Below are positions 18,002-28,000 of a stretch of 64,000 bases of DNA, one piece after another. Source of the DNA: a virus (lineage: Duplodnaviria; Caudoviricetes); IMG/VR virus record IMGVR_UViG_3300025410_000009. One strand, written 5' to 3'. A program made the position numbers and the translations under genes. Below the pieces are notes generated by a model. The model saw nothing but the letters and a program-made list of their open reading frames with translations, had not been told where the DNA came from and did no database searches. The stretch's first letter is position 1; the number at the start of each line of letters is the position of its first letter.

Positions 18002-21000
18002 GCTGTGTAACTTCCTGATTGTTTAAATATCATTATGGTGTTTGATCCGTTTGTAACCACTGTGGGTGAACCAGTGGTTATGTTTGAATAAAACGCTGTT
18101 GGCAATGACACAATAACTATACCGCTACCGCCTGCTGCACCAGCACCAGTATTAACACCACCCCCGGCGCCACCGCCAGTGTTTGCTAACCCAGCAGTTC
18201 CGGGGTTGCCTCCGCCACCTGATCCACCGGTACCTGCAGTTAGCGTGCCACCATAATATCCGCCAGCGCCACCACCAGCAAAGTAAACCGAAGTGAGCAC
18301 AACTTGCCCAACGTTGGCATTGGTGGCTTGCAGAGCAGTGATCAGTGTGGTAGTAAGCCCGATACCGCCATTGCCAGAACTTGATGATGTTGCAGAAGCT
18401 CCCGCACCACCAGCACCACCACCACCACCTTCTCTATCCTGTGCTCCACTGACACCAGTACCGCCCATGTTACCTTGCCCGGTGGTTCCAGAACCACCAA
18501 CATTGCTCAATGCGCCGCCACCACCTGAACCACCATTGGCGCCATTGGTGGCACTGCCACCACCACCGCCACCGAGAGCAGTGTAGCCAAATGCTGTAGA
18601 ATTTTGACCGTTGTTGGCCACTGAACTTGCTGCACCAGCACCGCCGCCGGCGCCAACAACAAATGAATATACAGTTCCAGCACTGAGCGTTATGTTCCCA
18701 GCTATCAGTCCGCCAGCACCACCACCACCACTGCCACCAGGCGATCCACCACCTGCAGAACTGCCACCACCACCAGCCACAATCAAATACGATGCATTAA
18801 TTTGTGTCCCTGAAGGTGTAGCATACAGTTGCGAATATGAAATCCAACCCTGGGTAGAATCAATATATACAAAATTATATGATTGTCTACTCACAATAAT
18901 ACCAATATTACCTGTAGTACCTTGAATATTTTTGCCATTGCCATAAATTGTAATGGCATTTGTAGCTGCAGTGCCTGCATAATCGGTTATGATTATGACC
19001 TGACCAGCACTGGGGCTGGCTGGCAATGTGACTGTGATTTGACTTGAAGTGGTGTTAACTGGATAACCATTGCCGGCCACAGCAGTGAAGTTTGTGGTTT
19101 GTACCGACTGCCAAGTAATTGAGCCACCACCGCCGCTGCCGGTTGTTATCACTGCTGCATTTGATGATATTGCTGGACCCGAAATATCCAACCAGAATGA
19201 GTTGACACCATCAGTGGTGTATCTGTAGATATCATCAGTTGAGGTGTTGTACCAGATGTCATTGACAGTGGGGCTTGACGGTGGAGTTGCACTGGATGTG
19301 CTTTTAGGTCCACTGGATCCTGAACTGTAAGCAGCACCATTGGCCCAGAACACGCCCGAAGTGGTAATGATACTGGCATTGGATGTGATGTTGCCCGAAG
19401 TAACTATGTTATTGGCGTATTCGGTATTGGTTATAGTCTCATAATTTAAAGTGGTAATGTTGCCAGTGACCACCAAGTTACCGCCCACGTACAAGTTACC
19501 AGCAATACCCGCGCCACCTGCGACTTGTAATGCACCTGTAGTGGTGCTGGTGCTCGATGTGGTGTTGCTGGTTATGATCTGTTGTGCAGTCGTGCCTGAG
19601 AACGTGCCAGCACTACCAGTGTAGCCCACCGAGCCGGTGTAACCTACTGATCCTGCATAACCTGTACTTCCGTTATATCCAGTGCTGCCAGTATAGCCAA
19701 TGCTGCCAGTGTAACCCACACTACCGTTGTAACCAGTACCACCGCCACCGCCTGCAAAAGGTGTTCCATTGGCATAGAAATGATTATTGCTGTAAATAGC
19801 ACCAGCAAATATGTTACCACCAACACCCAAGCCACCAGTGATTACCAAGGCACCTGTTGTGGTGCTGGTACTTGAAGTGGTGTTGCTGACAGTCAATTGC
19901 TGTGTGATATTGCTGGTCACAGTGCCGGCACTGCCAGTATAACCAATTGGACCAGCTTGCAACGGACCGCTGATCTGTAAATAAGTGTCAAATGAGCCAC
20001 TGGTGTATGGGGTGCCGCCAGCGTTTATGTATGCTCTAAGATCAACATAGTCTGTGGTACCATTTAGATAAATTACCTCGGTGCCACCGGCAGCATTTTG
20101 ACTAGCACTGGTATCACAACCAATTGCATTATAACCGCTGCCGTTTTTACCTATACCAGCAACAGCTATAACTGTGGGGCAACGAGCTCGACCGGTGACC
20201 ATGTACCAACCGGCCAAATTGGGTTGGAAATATTTACCAGTGCTGTTCCACCAACCAGCGGTGTCAGATCCCACTGTGTCAATGGGAACCTTTTGCCAAC
20301 CAACACCAGAGCTTGAACCTGTGCTCAAATATGCCCAAGACACATTAAGACTTGTGCCCACACCAGCACTGCCAGTGTAACCTGTGGTGCCAATAGATCC
20401 GGTGTAGCCGATTGATCCAGTATAACCTATACTTCCAGTATAGCCCGGTGCTGTACTAGCCGAACCGGTATAACCCGTTGAACCAGTATAACCTATCGAT
20501 CCAGTATAGCCCGGTGCTGTACTAGCCGAACCGGTATAACCCGTTGAACCAGTATAACCTATCGATCCAGTATAACCCACACTACCAGTATAACCTGGGG
20601 CGGTACTAGCCGAACCAGTATAGCCTATCGATCCAGTATAACCCACACTACCAGTATACCCGGTACTACCTGATCCAGAACCATATGGGGTACCATTGGC
20701 ATAAAAATGATGGTCTGAATATATGTTGCCAGCAAATATATTACCAGTTACGCCTATGCCACCATTTACTAGCAATGCACCAGTAGTGGTACTGGTACTG
20801 GGCACCAAACTGCCAGGCAGTGCAACATACGGAGTCAACGCATTATATGTGACAGTGCCGGTGATAGTGACCGAAATGTTATTTGTGCTGGTGTCAGTTA
20901 TGTACCCAGCTGAAGTAAGAACATCTAACAAGAATACTGTGTTTGTTACAGCACTCAACAGTTGATTTGGTGGGGTAAAATTGCTGGTATATACTGCGGA

Positions 21001-23397
21001 TCCGTTTACTACACGCAAGTTAGTAATGTAACCAGTCATGTTGTAACCGGATCCGCTGTTAGAACCAACTCGAACACCGTATTGCGAATACGATCCGGAA
21101 TTGGTTGCAGTGCCAGCAGACACCCCGTCAATGTACATGGTTAATGCTGTACCGTTGCGAACAATTGCAAAATGATGCCATGCATTGGCTGTTAATGCAA
21201 TACTCGATGTTATCAGCACAGTACCGCCCATGCTGTATACAATATATCCTGACGAGTTTATGTATATAAATGATGCTGAATTAGTTGTTACCCCGCCTCT
21301 AGCATCATAAAAAGTTTGGTTGGCTGCTACAGAAGTAAACTGTAACCATGTTTCTATAGTAAAACTATTTGTACCAAATGCAAGATTGGTATTTGATGCT
21401 ATTGTAAAATACGAAGATCCGTTAATGTACAAGCTGCCACTGGGCACGTATGGTGGGTTTAATGACACTACACTAATACTAGTAGTATACACAGCATCGG
21501 CCCAAACATTACCAGCAACACCAACACCACCGGTTACAATCACAGCACCAGTTACATTACTTGTACTGGCTGTACCGTTGGTGGTAATAATTTGTTGTGC
21601 GGTAGTTCCGGTAAATGAACCAGCTGAGCCAGTATAACCTGTGGTTCCAGTTGAGCCAGTATAACCCGCTGCACCCGAAGCACCCACGCTACCGGTGTAG
21701 CCGGTACCAGCTGATCCAGTATAACCCATGCTGCCAGTATAGCCAGCGACACCACTAGCTCCTGTCGCTCCAGTACCAGCTGATCCAGTATAACCCAAGG
21801 CTCCTGAAGCACCAGTGGCACCCGCACTGCCTGTGTAACCAGCGGCACCCGATGCACCAGTGGCACCTGTACTGCCAGTGTAACCCACTGTGCCAGCTGA
21901 GCCAGCATAACCTGTGGGTCCAGTAGCACCAGTGGCACCCTGTGATCCAGTGTAGCCTGCAGCACCGGTACTGCCAGTGTAACCCACAATGGTACCTGCA
22001 TCCACAAATCCATCCACAGGACCTGTACCACTGTAGACCCACAAGTGACCAGTATCAATGGCAATGATACCATCGCCCACGGCTGGAGAGGGGTCAAACG
22101 ATTGGAATGTGGCCACGTTGGCTGTTGCTGCGCTGCCAATAATTCTTACACTGGTACCGTCATTACCGCGGCTACCGGTATAACCCATGCTACCTGCATA
22201 GCCGGTGGCACCTGATGCGCCACTAGCACCTGCACTACCAGTAAACCCAATTGACCCAGTATAACCTGCTGCACCTGATGCCCCTGCAGCACCAGCTGAT
22301 CCAGTGTAACCTGTGGCTCCGGTAGCTCCTGTAGCACCATTAACTCCAGCACTGCCAGTATATCCAGTGACACCAGTGGCTCCTGTAGCCCCGGCGGTGC
22401 CTGCGCTGCCAGTATAACCCATACTGCCCGAATAGCCCACGCTGCCGGTATAGCCGTTCCCACCACCGCCCGATCCTGAGCCTGCAAATGGTTGTCCGTT
22501 ACTATAAAAATAATTATCAGTATAAATGTTACCAGCAGTGATGCTGCCTGTAATGTGCAGATTACCAGTGTCAACAATGGGCGCGGTTGATAGAGTGTTC
22601 AACACACTGATGGCATTTGGATTCAATACCACATTGCCCACTGGGGTAATAAACTGCACACCAGCTGTGGGGTCAGCACTGATAGTGGTACCACCCAAAT
22701 CAATGGTATTACCGGCCAAGTACAAGGTACGGAATCGCCGTGTGGGTGAACCGATGTCGATGGTGTTGGCTGTCACTGGCAACAGGGCTGTGTTGACCAC
22801 AAGATTGCCGCCTACATTTAGATTGCCACCAATGCCCACGCCACCTGTGACCACCAAGGCACCCGACACAGTGTCAGTGCTGATGGTGCCATTGTTGATG
22901 GTGAATGTGTTGTTGGTGCTGGTACTAGATCCAGCACCGCCGGCACCAGCACTGCCAGTATAACCCACAGGACCCTGTGCACCCGGGCTGGCTGTGTCGA
23001 CCCACTGACCAGTGACTCCGTTTGTGATCCATACGTATTCTAATCCACTGGTACTGTCAAACCAACGATCGCCCAAGGTGGGGCTGGTGGGTGCTGTGTT
23101 ACCAAATGTGAATGCTGTGCCTGATCCCGAACCGCCACCACCGCTGCCAGAACTGCTGACATAGGGTACACCATTGGGATACAGTATGTTTGATACTAAT
23201 AAAGTTGTCAGTGTTAAATTGGCTGTCCATACACGATCACCCCTGACATTGGTGGTCAAGACTGTGCCATTGGCTGCCACGCCCAAATTGGGTTCAGCAT
23301 CAGCCATGTCCAGGAACTGGTACCGGCCAGGATCGGTCGTGATGGGTGGATTTACTGGTTCACGTCCGCTGACTAAACGTTTATTAATACCTGCCAT
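17998..23397 (-). CDS. Collagen-like fibre with LamG, C1q-like and C-terminal glycine-rich domains (1799 aa)
   Basis: GYTGS/GAT blocks, LamG (FTIETWLQ..WHHFAIVR..GYITNLR), a C1q-like segment (FQPNLAGWYMV..GKNG..VIYLNGTTDYVDL), and a YLIVAGGGGS...GGSGIVIV Gly-rich end. Confidence 0.9.
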   Translation of the reverse strand: MAGINKRLVSGREPVNPPITTDPGRYQFLDMADAEPNLGVAANGTVLTTNVRGDRVWTANLTLTTLLVSNILYPNGVPYVSSSGSGGGGSGSGTAFTFGNTAPTSPTLGDRWFDSTSGLEYVWITNGVTGQWVDTASPGAQGPVGYTGSAGAGGAGSSTSTNNTFTINNGTISTDTVSGALVVTGGVGIGGNLNVGGNLVVNTALLPVTANTIDIGSPTRRFRTLYLAGNTIDLGGTTISADPTAGVQFITPVGNVVLNPNAISVLNTLSTAPIVDTGNLHITGSITAGNIYTDNYFYSNGQPFAGSGSGGGGNGYTGSVGYSGSMGYTGSAGTAGATGATGVTGYTGSAGVNGATGATGATGYTGSAGAAGASGAAGYTGSIGFTGSAGASGASGATGYAGSMGYTGSRGNDGTSVRIIGSAATANVATFQSFDPSPAVGDGIIAIDTGHLWVYSGTGPVDGFVDAGTIVGYTGSTGAAGYTGSQGATGATGPTGYAGSAGTVGYTGSTGATGASGAAGYTGSAGATGASGALGYTGSAGTGATGASGVAGYTGSMGYTGSAGTGYTGSVGASGAAGYTGSTGTTGYTGSAGSFTGTTAQQIITTNGTASTSNVTGAVIVTGGVGVAGNVWADAVYTTSISVVSLNPPYVPSGSLYINGSSYFTIASNTNLAFGTNSFTIETWLQFTSVAANQTFYDARGGVTTNSASFIYINSSGYIVYSMGGTVLITSSIALTANAWHHFAIVRNGTALTMYIDGVSAGTATNSGSYSQYGVRVGSNSGSGYNMTGYITNLRVVNGSAVYTSNFTPPNQLLSAVTNTVFLLDVLTSAGYITDTSTNNISVTITGTVTYNALTPYVALPGSLVPSTSTTTGALLVNGGIGVTGNIFAGNIYSDHHFYANGTPYGSGSGSTGYTGSVGYTGSIGYTGSASTAPGYTGSVGYTGSIGYTGSTGYTGSASTAPGYTGSIGYTGSTGYTGSASTAPGYTGSIGYTGSIGYTGSIGTTGYTGSAGVGTSLNVSWAYLSTGSSSGVGWQKVPIDTVGSDTAGWWNSTGKYFQPNLAGWYMVTGRARCPTVIAVAGIGKNGSGYNAIGCDTSASQNAAGGTEVIYLNGTTDYVDLRAYINAGGTPYTSGSFDTYLQISGPLQAGPIGYTGSAGTVTSNITQQLTVSNTTSSTSTTTGALVITGGLGVGGNIFAGAIYSNNHFYANGTPFAGGGGGTGYNGSVGYTGSIGYTGSTGYNGSTGYAGSVGYTGSVGYTGSAGTFSGTTAQQIITSNTTSSTSTTTGALQVAGGAGIAGNLYVGGNLVVTGNITTLNYETITNTEYANNIVTSGNITSNASIITTSGVFWANGAAYSSGSSGPKSTSSATPPSSPTVNDIWYNTSTDDIYRYTTDGVNSFWLDISGPAISSNAAVITTGSGGGGSITWQSVQTTNFTAVAGNGYPVNTTSSQITVTLPASPSAGQVIIITDYAGTAATNAITIYGNGKNIQGTTGNIGIIVSRQSYNFVYIDSTQGWISYSQLYATPSGTQINASYLIVAGGGGSSAGGGSPGGSGGGGAGGLIAGNITLSAGTVYSFVVGAGGGAGAASSVANNGQNSTAFGYTALGGGGGGSATNGANGGSGGGGALSNVGGSGTTGQGNMGGTGVSGAQDREGGGGGAGGAGASATSSSSGNGGIGLTTTLITALQATNANVGQVVLTSVYFAGGGAGGYYGGTLTAGTGGSGGGGNPGTAGLANTGGGAGGGVNTGAGAAGGSGIVIVSLPTAFYSNITTGSPTVVTNGSNTIMIFKQSGSYTA
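20435..20566. repeat. Perfect 66-nt tandem duplication encoding a 22-aa unit ([22 protein letters not shown])
   Basis: 20435-20500 is identical to 20501-20566, compared base by base. Confidence 0.95.
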
Positions 23398-23430
23398 ATT
23401 TTATTCTTATTATTATATTAATTATCAAAT

Positions 23431-23763
23431 TTAACTGTTAGCAGTTTCTAGCAAGCTCAACAGCACCTGAGCACTGGAATTACGTGTGGCCACCACTGTG
23501 ATTGAATCGCCGGTCTGTAGGATCAACTTGCCGGTCAACATGTTGACAGCATCACTCACTGGAACTTGAACATTGCTGATGATACTGGTAGACACATTGC
23601 CGCGCAAGTGGCTGGCAGAAACGCCCACTGTGGTGGTGTCAATGTTGCTGACCTGTGCCAACAGCACCACAGTGGTATAGCCTTGCGGTGCTGTGTAGAT
23701 AGTAGACGACACCGTAGACGCATTGTACGGTATCGTTTTGAAGGTATTAATTGGTGCTGACAT
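23431..23763 (-). CDS. Small beta-sandwich virion structural protein (110 aa)
   Basis: NTFKT..IYTAPQGYTTVVLLAQVSN..GKLILQTGDSI..LLSLLE, the same pattern as the LYTVP...TDV domain copies at 33-39 kb. Confidence 0.8.
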   Translation of the reverse strand: MSAPINTFKTIPYNASTVSSTIYTAPQGYTTVVLLAQVSNIDTTTVGVSASHLRGNVSTSIISNVQVPVSDAVNMLTGKLILQTGDSITVVATRNSSAQVLLSLLETANS

Positions 23764-23775
23764 AGTTTATTCCTG

Positions 23776-25065
23776 TTATTGAAGTGCCAATATAAATGGT
23801 GTCATAAGAGCAAACATGCTCTTGGTAAATGCATCGCCTGATATGGTTCCAGTGGCTTGATTGATCACTAGATTGGAGCCAATTTTGAAATTACCTTTGT
23901 GGTCGGTACTGGTTACTGTGACTCGACCGCCACCTGACATGACCACTTCGTTGGCTGCAATGGGGATTCCGCCGTATTGTGGTAGTGCAGTAATTGGGTT
24001 AGTCCCAGCACCCACATACTCAAAGGTGTGTGCACTGGCCACCACTGCGCTGCGTTGGTAAAAGCTCACTGTGGTTCCGGTTGGCAAGTTGTTGGTATAG
24101 ATTTCTTGTATGTTCACTTGCCAAGTGATGCTGTCCAACTGTGCAATGGTGTCGATACTGTAGTAATTGGGGTCACCATCAATGACCATGGTTTGGTTCA
24201 CATGTGGTGGGTTGGTTAGATTGTGCAGGATAAACACACCCAGTGTGCTGACACCGTAAGTGACACCTGTGCTCAACAAGGGCCCAACACCGGTGGCTTT
24301 AAGACCATAGTTGCCAATGCTGGTGTCAGACCCGTTCAAGGTACAAAATGCACCCGAATCACACCAAATGCCCACATCGCAGGCAATGGTGTAGATGTTG
24401 ACCAGCTGACTGTAGCCGCTGTTGGTGATGTGTACACCAATCCCGCCTTGATTAATGATTGTAAAGAAACCCACAATCATGGCCTTGGTACTGATGGCAC
24501 TGGTCAAAGATCCGTCAATGTAGACTGCTGTGCCCACTGTGGTACTGCTGGTTATGTTCTGTATGTAGGGACTGACGAATACATTCTGTCCTGACTTGCT
24601 GGGATCAAATGCAAACCCACTGGCCAAGTAATCCTTGATGGTTATGCCCCAAACATAGCAGCCAGATCCGGTATAAAACAGGTCTGAGCTGGGGTTATTG
24701 GGGTAAACAAAAACTGTACGCAGATCATTGCCCACCAAACTGACATTGGCAGGAATGGAAATGGGATTGTTTTCGTAGTAGCTGCCAGGTGCAATCTGTA
24801 CTGTGGTGCCCGAAGTGGCTGCTGTTAGTGCAGCACCAATGGTCAAAAACGGATCCAGCAAGCCCCCGGTGTTGGAGTCTGAGCCATTTTTGGCCACATG
24901 CAGGACATTTTGTAAATTGGTAAAGTTCGATGGAGTACCTGCGCTGCCAGTGTAACCCACCGTGGTGCTGATAGCCTGCCAAAAACGACCATTCCACTGC
25001 CAGGTACGGTCATTTAGGGTGTAGGTATCATTGAGATTGGGTGATGCGGGGAAATTTAAGGCCAT
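23776..25065 (-). CDS. Pectin-lyase-like right-handed beta-helix protein (tailspike-like)
   Basis: HVAKNGSDSNTGGLLDPFLTIGAAL..TVQIAPGSYYE is a typical beta-helix entry motif. N-terminal NFPASP..TYTL..W.WNG.W; C-terminus TPFILALQ. CTAAATA at 25084-25090. Confidence 0.75.
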   Translation of the reverse strand: MALNFPASPNLNDTYTLNDRTWQWNGRFWQAISTTVGYTGSAGTPSNFTNLQNVLHVAKNGSDSNTGGLLDPFLTIGAALTAATSGTTVQIAPGSYYENNPISIPANVSLVGNDLRTVFVYPNNPSSDLFYTGSGCYVWGITIKDYLASGFAFDPSKSGQNVFVSPYIQNITSSTTVGTAVYIDGSLTSAISTKAMIVGFFTIINQGGIGVHITNSGYSQLVNIYTIACDVGIWCDSGAFCTLNGSDTSIGNYGLKATGVGPLLSTGVTYGVSTLGVFILHNLTNPPHVNQTMVIDGDPNYYSIDTIAQLDSITWQVNIQEIYTNNLPTGTTVSFYQRSAVVASAHTFEYVGAGTNPITALPQYGGIPIAANEVVMSGGGRVTVTSTDHKGNFKIGSNLVINQATGTISGDAFTKSMFALMTPFILALQ

Positions 25066-25130
25066 ACAATATTCTTTATCTAATATTTAGCATCACTACA
25101 TCCTTAATTAAAAGATGGATGCGGCCAAGA

Positions 25131-25153
25131 GAATGGGCTCCGGGAGCCCATTC
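25131..25153 (-). terminator. GC-rich hairpin, probable intrinsic terminator
   Basis: GAATGGGCTC-cgg-GAGCCCATTC is a perfect 10-bp stem 5 nt past the stop of 25159..27996. The U-tract is weak (TCTT). Confidence 0.6.
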
Positions 25154-25158
25154 GAGTT

Positions 25159-27996
25159 TTAAGCCTGTGCTTCAGTCCATGAAATCCGAGCGTTAATGGT
25201 GTTTGTATTACCACCAATCGCAGTGGCACAAATTGTAATAACGTCAGGCCCATCCGGGAAGATACCGTTGGCAGTAGCTGATGGGGTCAAACTTAACCCG
25301 CCACCCAAGATACTGTTACCAATGTCTCGAACCAAGTTCAAGTCCTGGCTGGTGGTAGCATTGGCATTGGTAAAGAAGCCGTAAATACTTTCACCACCGG
25401 TAATGGTCTGTGATGTCACGTGATAAGCAATTTGTGCTAGACTAGAACCGCCCACTGGAGAAAAGTTACCGCCACCGCTGCTGATTTTACCATTTAGCAC
25501 CAAGTCAATTCTGAACGGAGTTGTACCACAATACGAGTCCATACTACGTAGAGTCAACTGCATACGATTGATAATTTCACGTGTGCCCAACAAGCCAGTT
25601 TGTCCACTGTCCACGCTGGGGCCCACACGAATAGTCATAAGTGGTACACGAGTATTTTGTGTCAAGTTGGTCAAAGCGGTGTTAAAGCCAGCGTTAAACA
25701 CGAACGATTTATCGTCATCAAAGCGTCCGTCCATGATCACGCTGCTACCCCAGTGACTGATTGTGCTGGCCTGTTGTGGTGCATACAATTGTGCCTGGAT
25801 GGGCGCTGTGGCCGAGTAGGTGAATGTTGTTGCCGAGCCGTAGCCTTGAGCTTGTGCACGCGAACCAATCACCAAACCAGTTGTACCAACTTTTGCTGTG
25901 TAAGTGATATACTCAATGACGGCACCGGTTGCTGCAGCCTGTGTCAAGATCACTGTGCCAGTGCTGGGCCATAGCGAGCAATCTGCCACCGAAATAGTGC
26001 TGCCCGAGCCGGCGCTGCTGGGCACAGAAGCTGTGATATAGGTGTAGTAGGGAATGGTGCTGGTTTCATAACGTGCCACCAAGTTACCGCTGCGGATATA
26101 GGCTTCGGTGTTGATGTTGTTGTTGGGGATTCTGTGGCAGAATATGACTTCACCACGGTTGTTCTTGAATCCAAAACGAACTGCGCCAGCGCCATACCAG
26201 GTAAAGTCCATGTAGAACATCTGCATTTTACCCAGGTCCAAGGTCATCAAACTGGCACCAGTGCCGTCCATCTTGTCGATATTCCAAGCCGACTGCGGAT
26301 AACGTGTGGTAATGATTTTACTCATTTGAGCATTGACCACGTTAGTGGCGCCGCGGTATTCGGGATACACATACATCTGAGTATCGCTAGCAATGGTCTG
26401 TACAAAATATGTTTGTCCACGAATGACCACAGCGTCGCCGGGTTTCAGTTCACTGGAGAATTTGGTTGCCGAGCCAGTCACGCTGGGGCTACCGGCAGTC
26501 ACGCTCACGTTACCTGAAGTTTGTGTGGTACTGTTACGCAAGCAAGCATAAATGGTTTGACCATCAAATTCGTAGAAGAAACCGTTTTGGCTATCAAACA
26601 TGCCAATACGATTGCTGCTGCCGTACCAGGATTGTGGGTTAATGACCAAGGGAAAACCGGTTGCTGGGCTACCGCTTGGAGTAGAAGCTGCAGTATAGGT
26701 AAATGTCAGTGGGGTTGGTGCTGTTACCACAACATAAGTGCTACCACCAGCAACACCAACGCCGTTGTAGGCAGTTTCGTTGGCACCGGAAATTCTCAGT
26801 GCTGCACCAGGTTGCAGACCATGTGGGAATTTGGTGGTCACTGTCACAGTGGTACCCACTGAAGTGATACCGTCAACCTGCACCGATGGTTTCAAAATAC
26901 TACCAGTTGAGAACTGAATACCTTTACCTGATTGGTAACGGAACTGACGTCGTGTTTGACGAATAACTTGGTATCCATGATAGGGCTGCACGTTACTGAA
27001 TTGCACACCGCCGTCAAAGGCACGATGCTGCACATAGCCAATGATTCTGGGATAGATACTGGCATTTAGCACTGCAGTGATTGTGGTGCTGGGTGCTGTG
27101 CCCACTGTGATGGTGAACGAGTTGTTGGTGGGTGTGGTTTGAACAATATAGCTGCTGTTGATGGAAGTAGCAGGGCCAGTTGTGCCCACAACATAAATGC
27201 TGTCACCAGGCTGTAGACCGTGAGCATAAGTGGTTGTTGCAGTCACAGTGGTACTGGAATACGTAAACGCTGTGGTAGCAGCTGGAATAGCTGATCCAGT
27301 GTAGAATGTGCCAGGATAAAAATAAGTCTTGTTGGCATCATACAAGGTTGAGGCCGGAGCATTGATACAGGTAAACACAATAGTGGAACCTGTGGTACCA
27401 GTTTCTGTGATCCACCAGCCGTCAGCGTTACCAGCATCCAGTGTGCCCTGTAGGAAGAACGGAGTGCCCACACTCAAACCGTGTGCGGCTGCAGTGGTGA
27501 TGGTGACTGTTTTGGTCGACACTGAAATTGCACTCAGTGCGATTGTGATAGTGGGGTCATAAAACGCACTGGGTCTATTGTTCAACAGCGTGGTACTTTC
27601 CCATTTTGTGGGCTGTACACCGTATTCAAAGTCGGTATCGATCAAGCTCTGTGGTGTACTGGTACGCAGTTTGTCTACAGGATCGCGGTAAGTTTCTGCC
27701 GGGATCATTTCGGTATAGGTTTCTTCGTACAAGATCGACAGTTTGTCCGTGGTGCTCATGGCACTGGTACTGTAACCGGTCAGCTGAATTGTTGTGGTTT
27801 CTTGGCCAGTTGTGGTGCTGATCTGATTATAAATGGCAGCGCCCAGGGTACTGTCCGAAAAGTTGTACATGACCACGTTGCGTGTGACATTGGTGACCAA
27901 CAACAATTGTTCTTGTCTAATGCTTTTACCAGTTACTACAATGTTGCCGGTACTGGGTGTGAATGCATATGATTCTAATATTACGTGCTTTGCCAT
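25159..27996 (-). CDS. T4-like-phage virion structural protein (945 aa) with three HGL..G beta repeats
   Basis: QLLLVTNVTRNVVMYNFSD and DPVDKLRTSTPQSLIDTDFEYGVQPTKWE resemble aquatic T4-like virion proteins. Repeats: TAAAHGLSVG, TTYAHGLQPGD, TKFPHGLQPG. Confidence 0.75.
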   Translation of the reverse strand: MAKHVILESYAFTPSTGNIVVTGKSIRQEQLLLVTNVTRNVVMYNFSDSTLGAAIYNQISTTTGQETTTIQLTGYSTSAMSTTDKLSILYEETYTEMIPAETYRDPVDKLRTSTPQSLIDTDFEYGVQPTKWESTTLLNNRPSAFYDPTITIALSAISVSTKTVTITTAAAHGLSVGTPFFLQGTLDAGNADGWWITETGTTGSTIVFTCINAPASTLYDANKTYFYPGTFYTGSAIPAATTAFTYSSTTVTATTTYAHGLQPGDSIYVVGTTGPATSINSSYIVQTTPTNNSFTITVGTAPSTTITAVLNASIYPRIIGYVQHRAFDGGVQFSNVQPYHGYQVIRQTRRQFRYQSGKGIQFSTGSILKPSVQVDGITSVGTTVTVTTKFPHGLQPGAALRISGANETAYNGVGVAGGSTYVVVTAPTPLTFTYTAASTPSGSPATGFPLVINPQSWYGSSNRIGMFDSQNGFFYEFDGQTIYACLRNSTTQTSGNVSVTAGSPSVTGSATKFSSELKPGDAVVIRGQTYFVQTIASDTQMYVYPEYRGATNVVNAQMSKIITTRYPQSAWNIDKMDGTGASLMTLDLGKMQMFYMDFTWYGAGAVRFGFKNNRGEVIFCHRIPNNNINTEAYIRSGNLVARYETSTIPYYTYITASVPSSAGSGSTISVADCSLWPSTGTVILTQAAATGAVIEYITYTAKVGTTGLVIGSRAQAQGYGSATTFTYSATAPIQAQLYAPQQASTISHWGSSVIMDGRFDDDKSFVFNAGFNTALTNLTQNTRVPLMTIRVGPSVDSGQTGLLGTREIINRMQLTLRSMDSYCGTTPFRIDLVLNGKISSGGGNFSPVGGSSLAQIAYHVTSQTITGGESIYGFFTNANATTSQDLNLVRDIGNSILGGGLSLTPSATANGIFPDGPDVITICATAIGGNTNTINARISWTEAQA

Positions 27997-28000
27997 TTAA

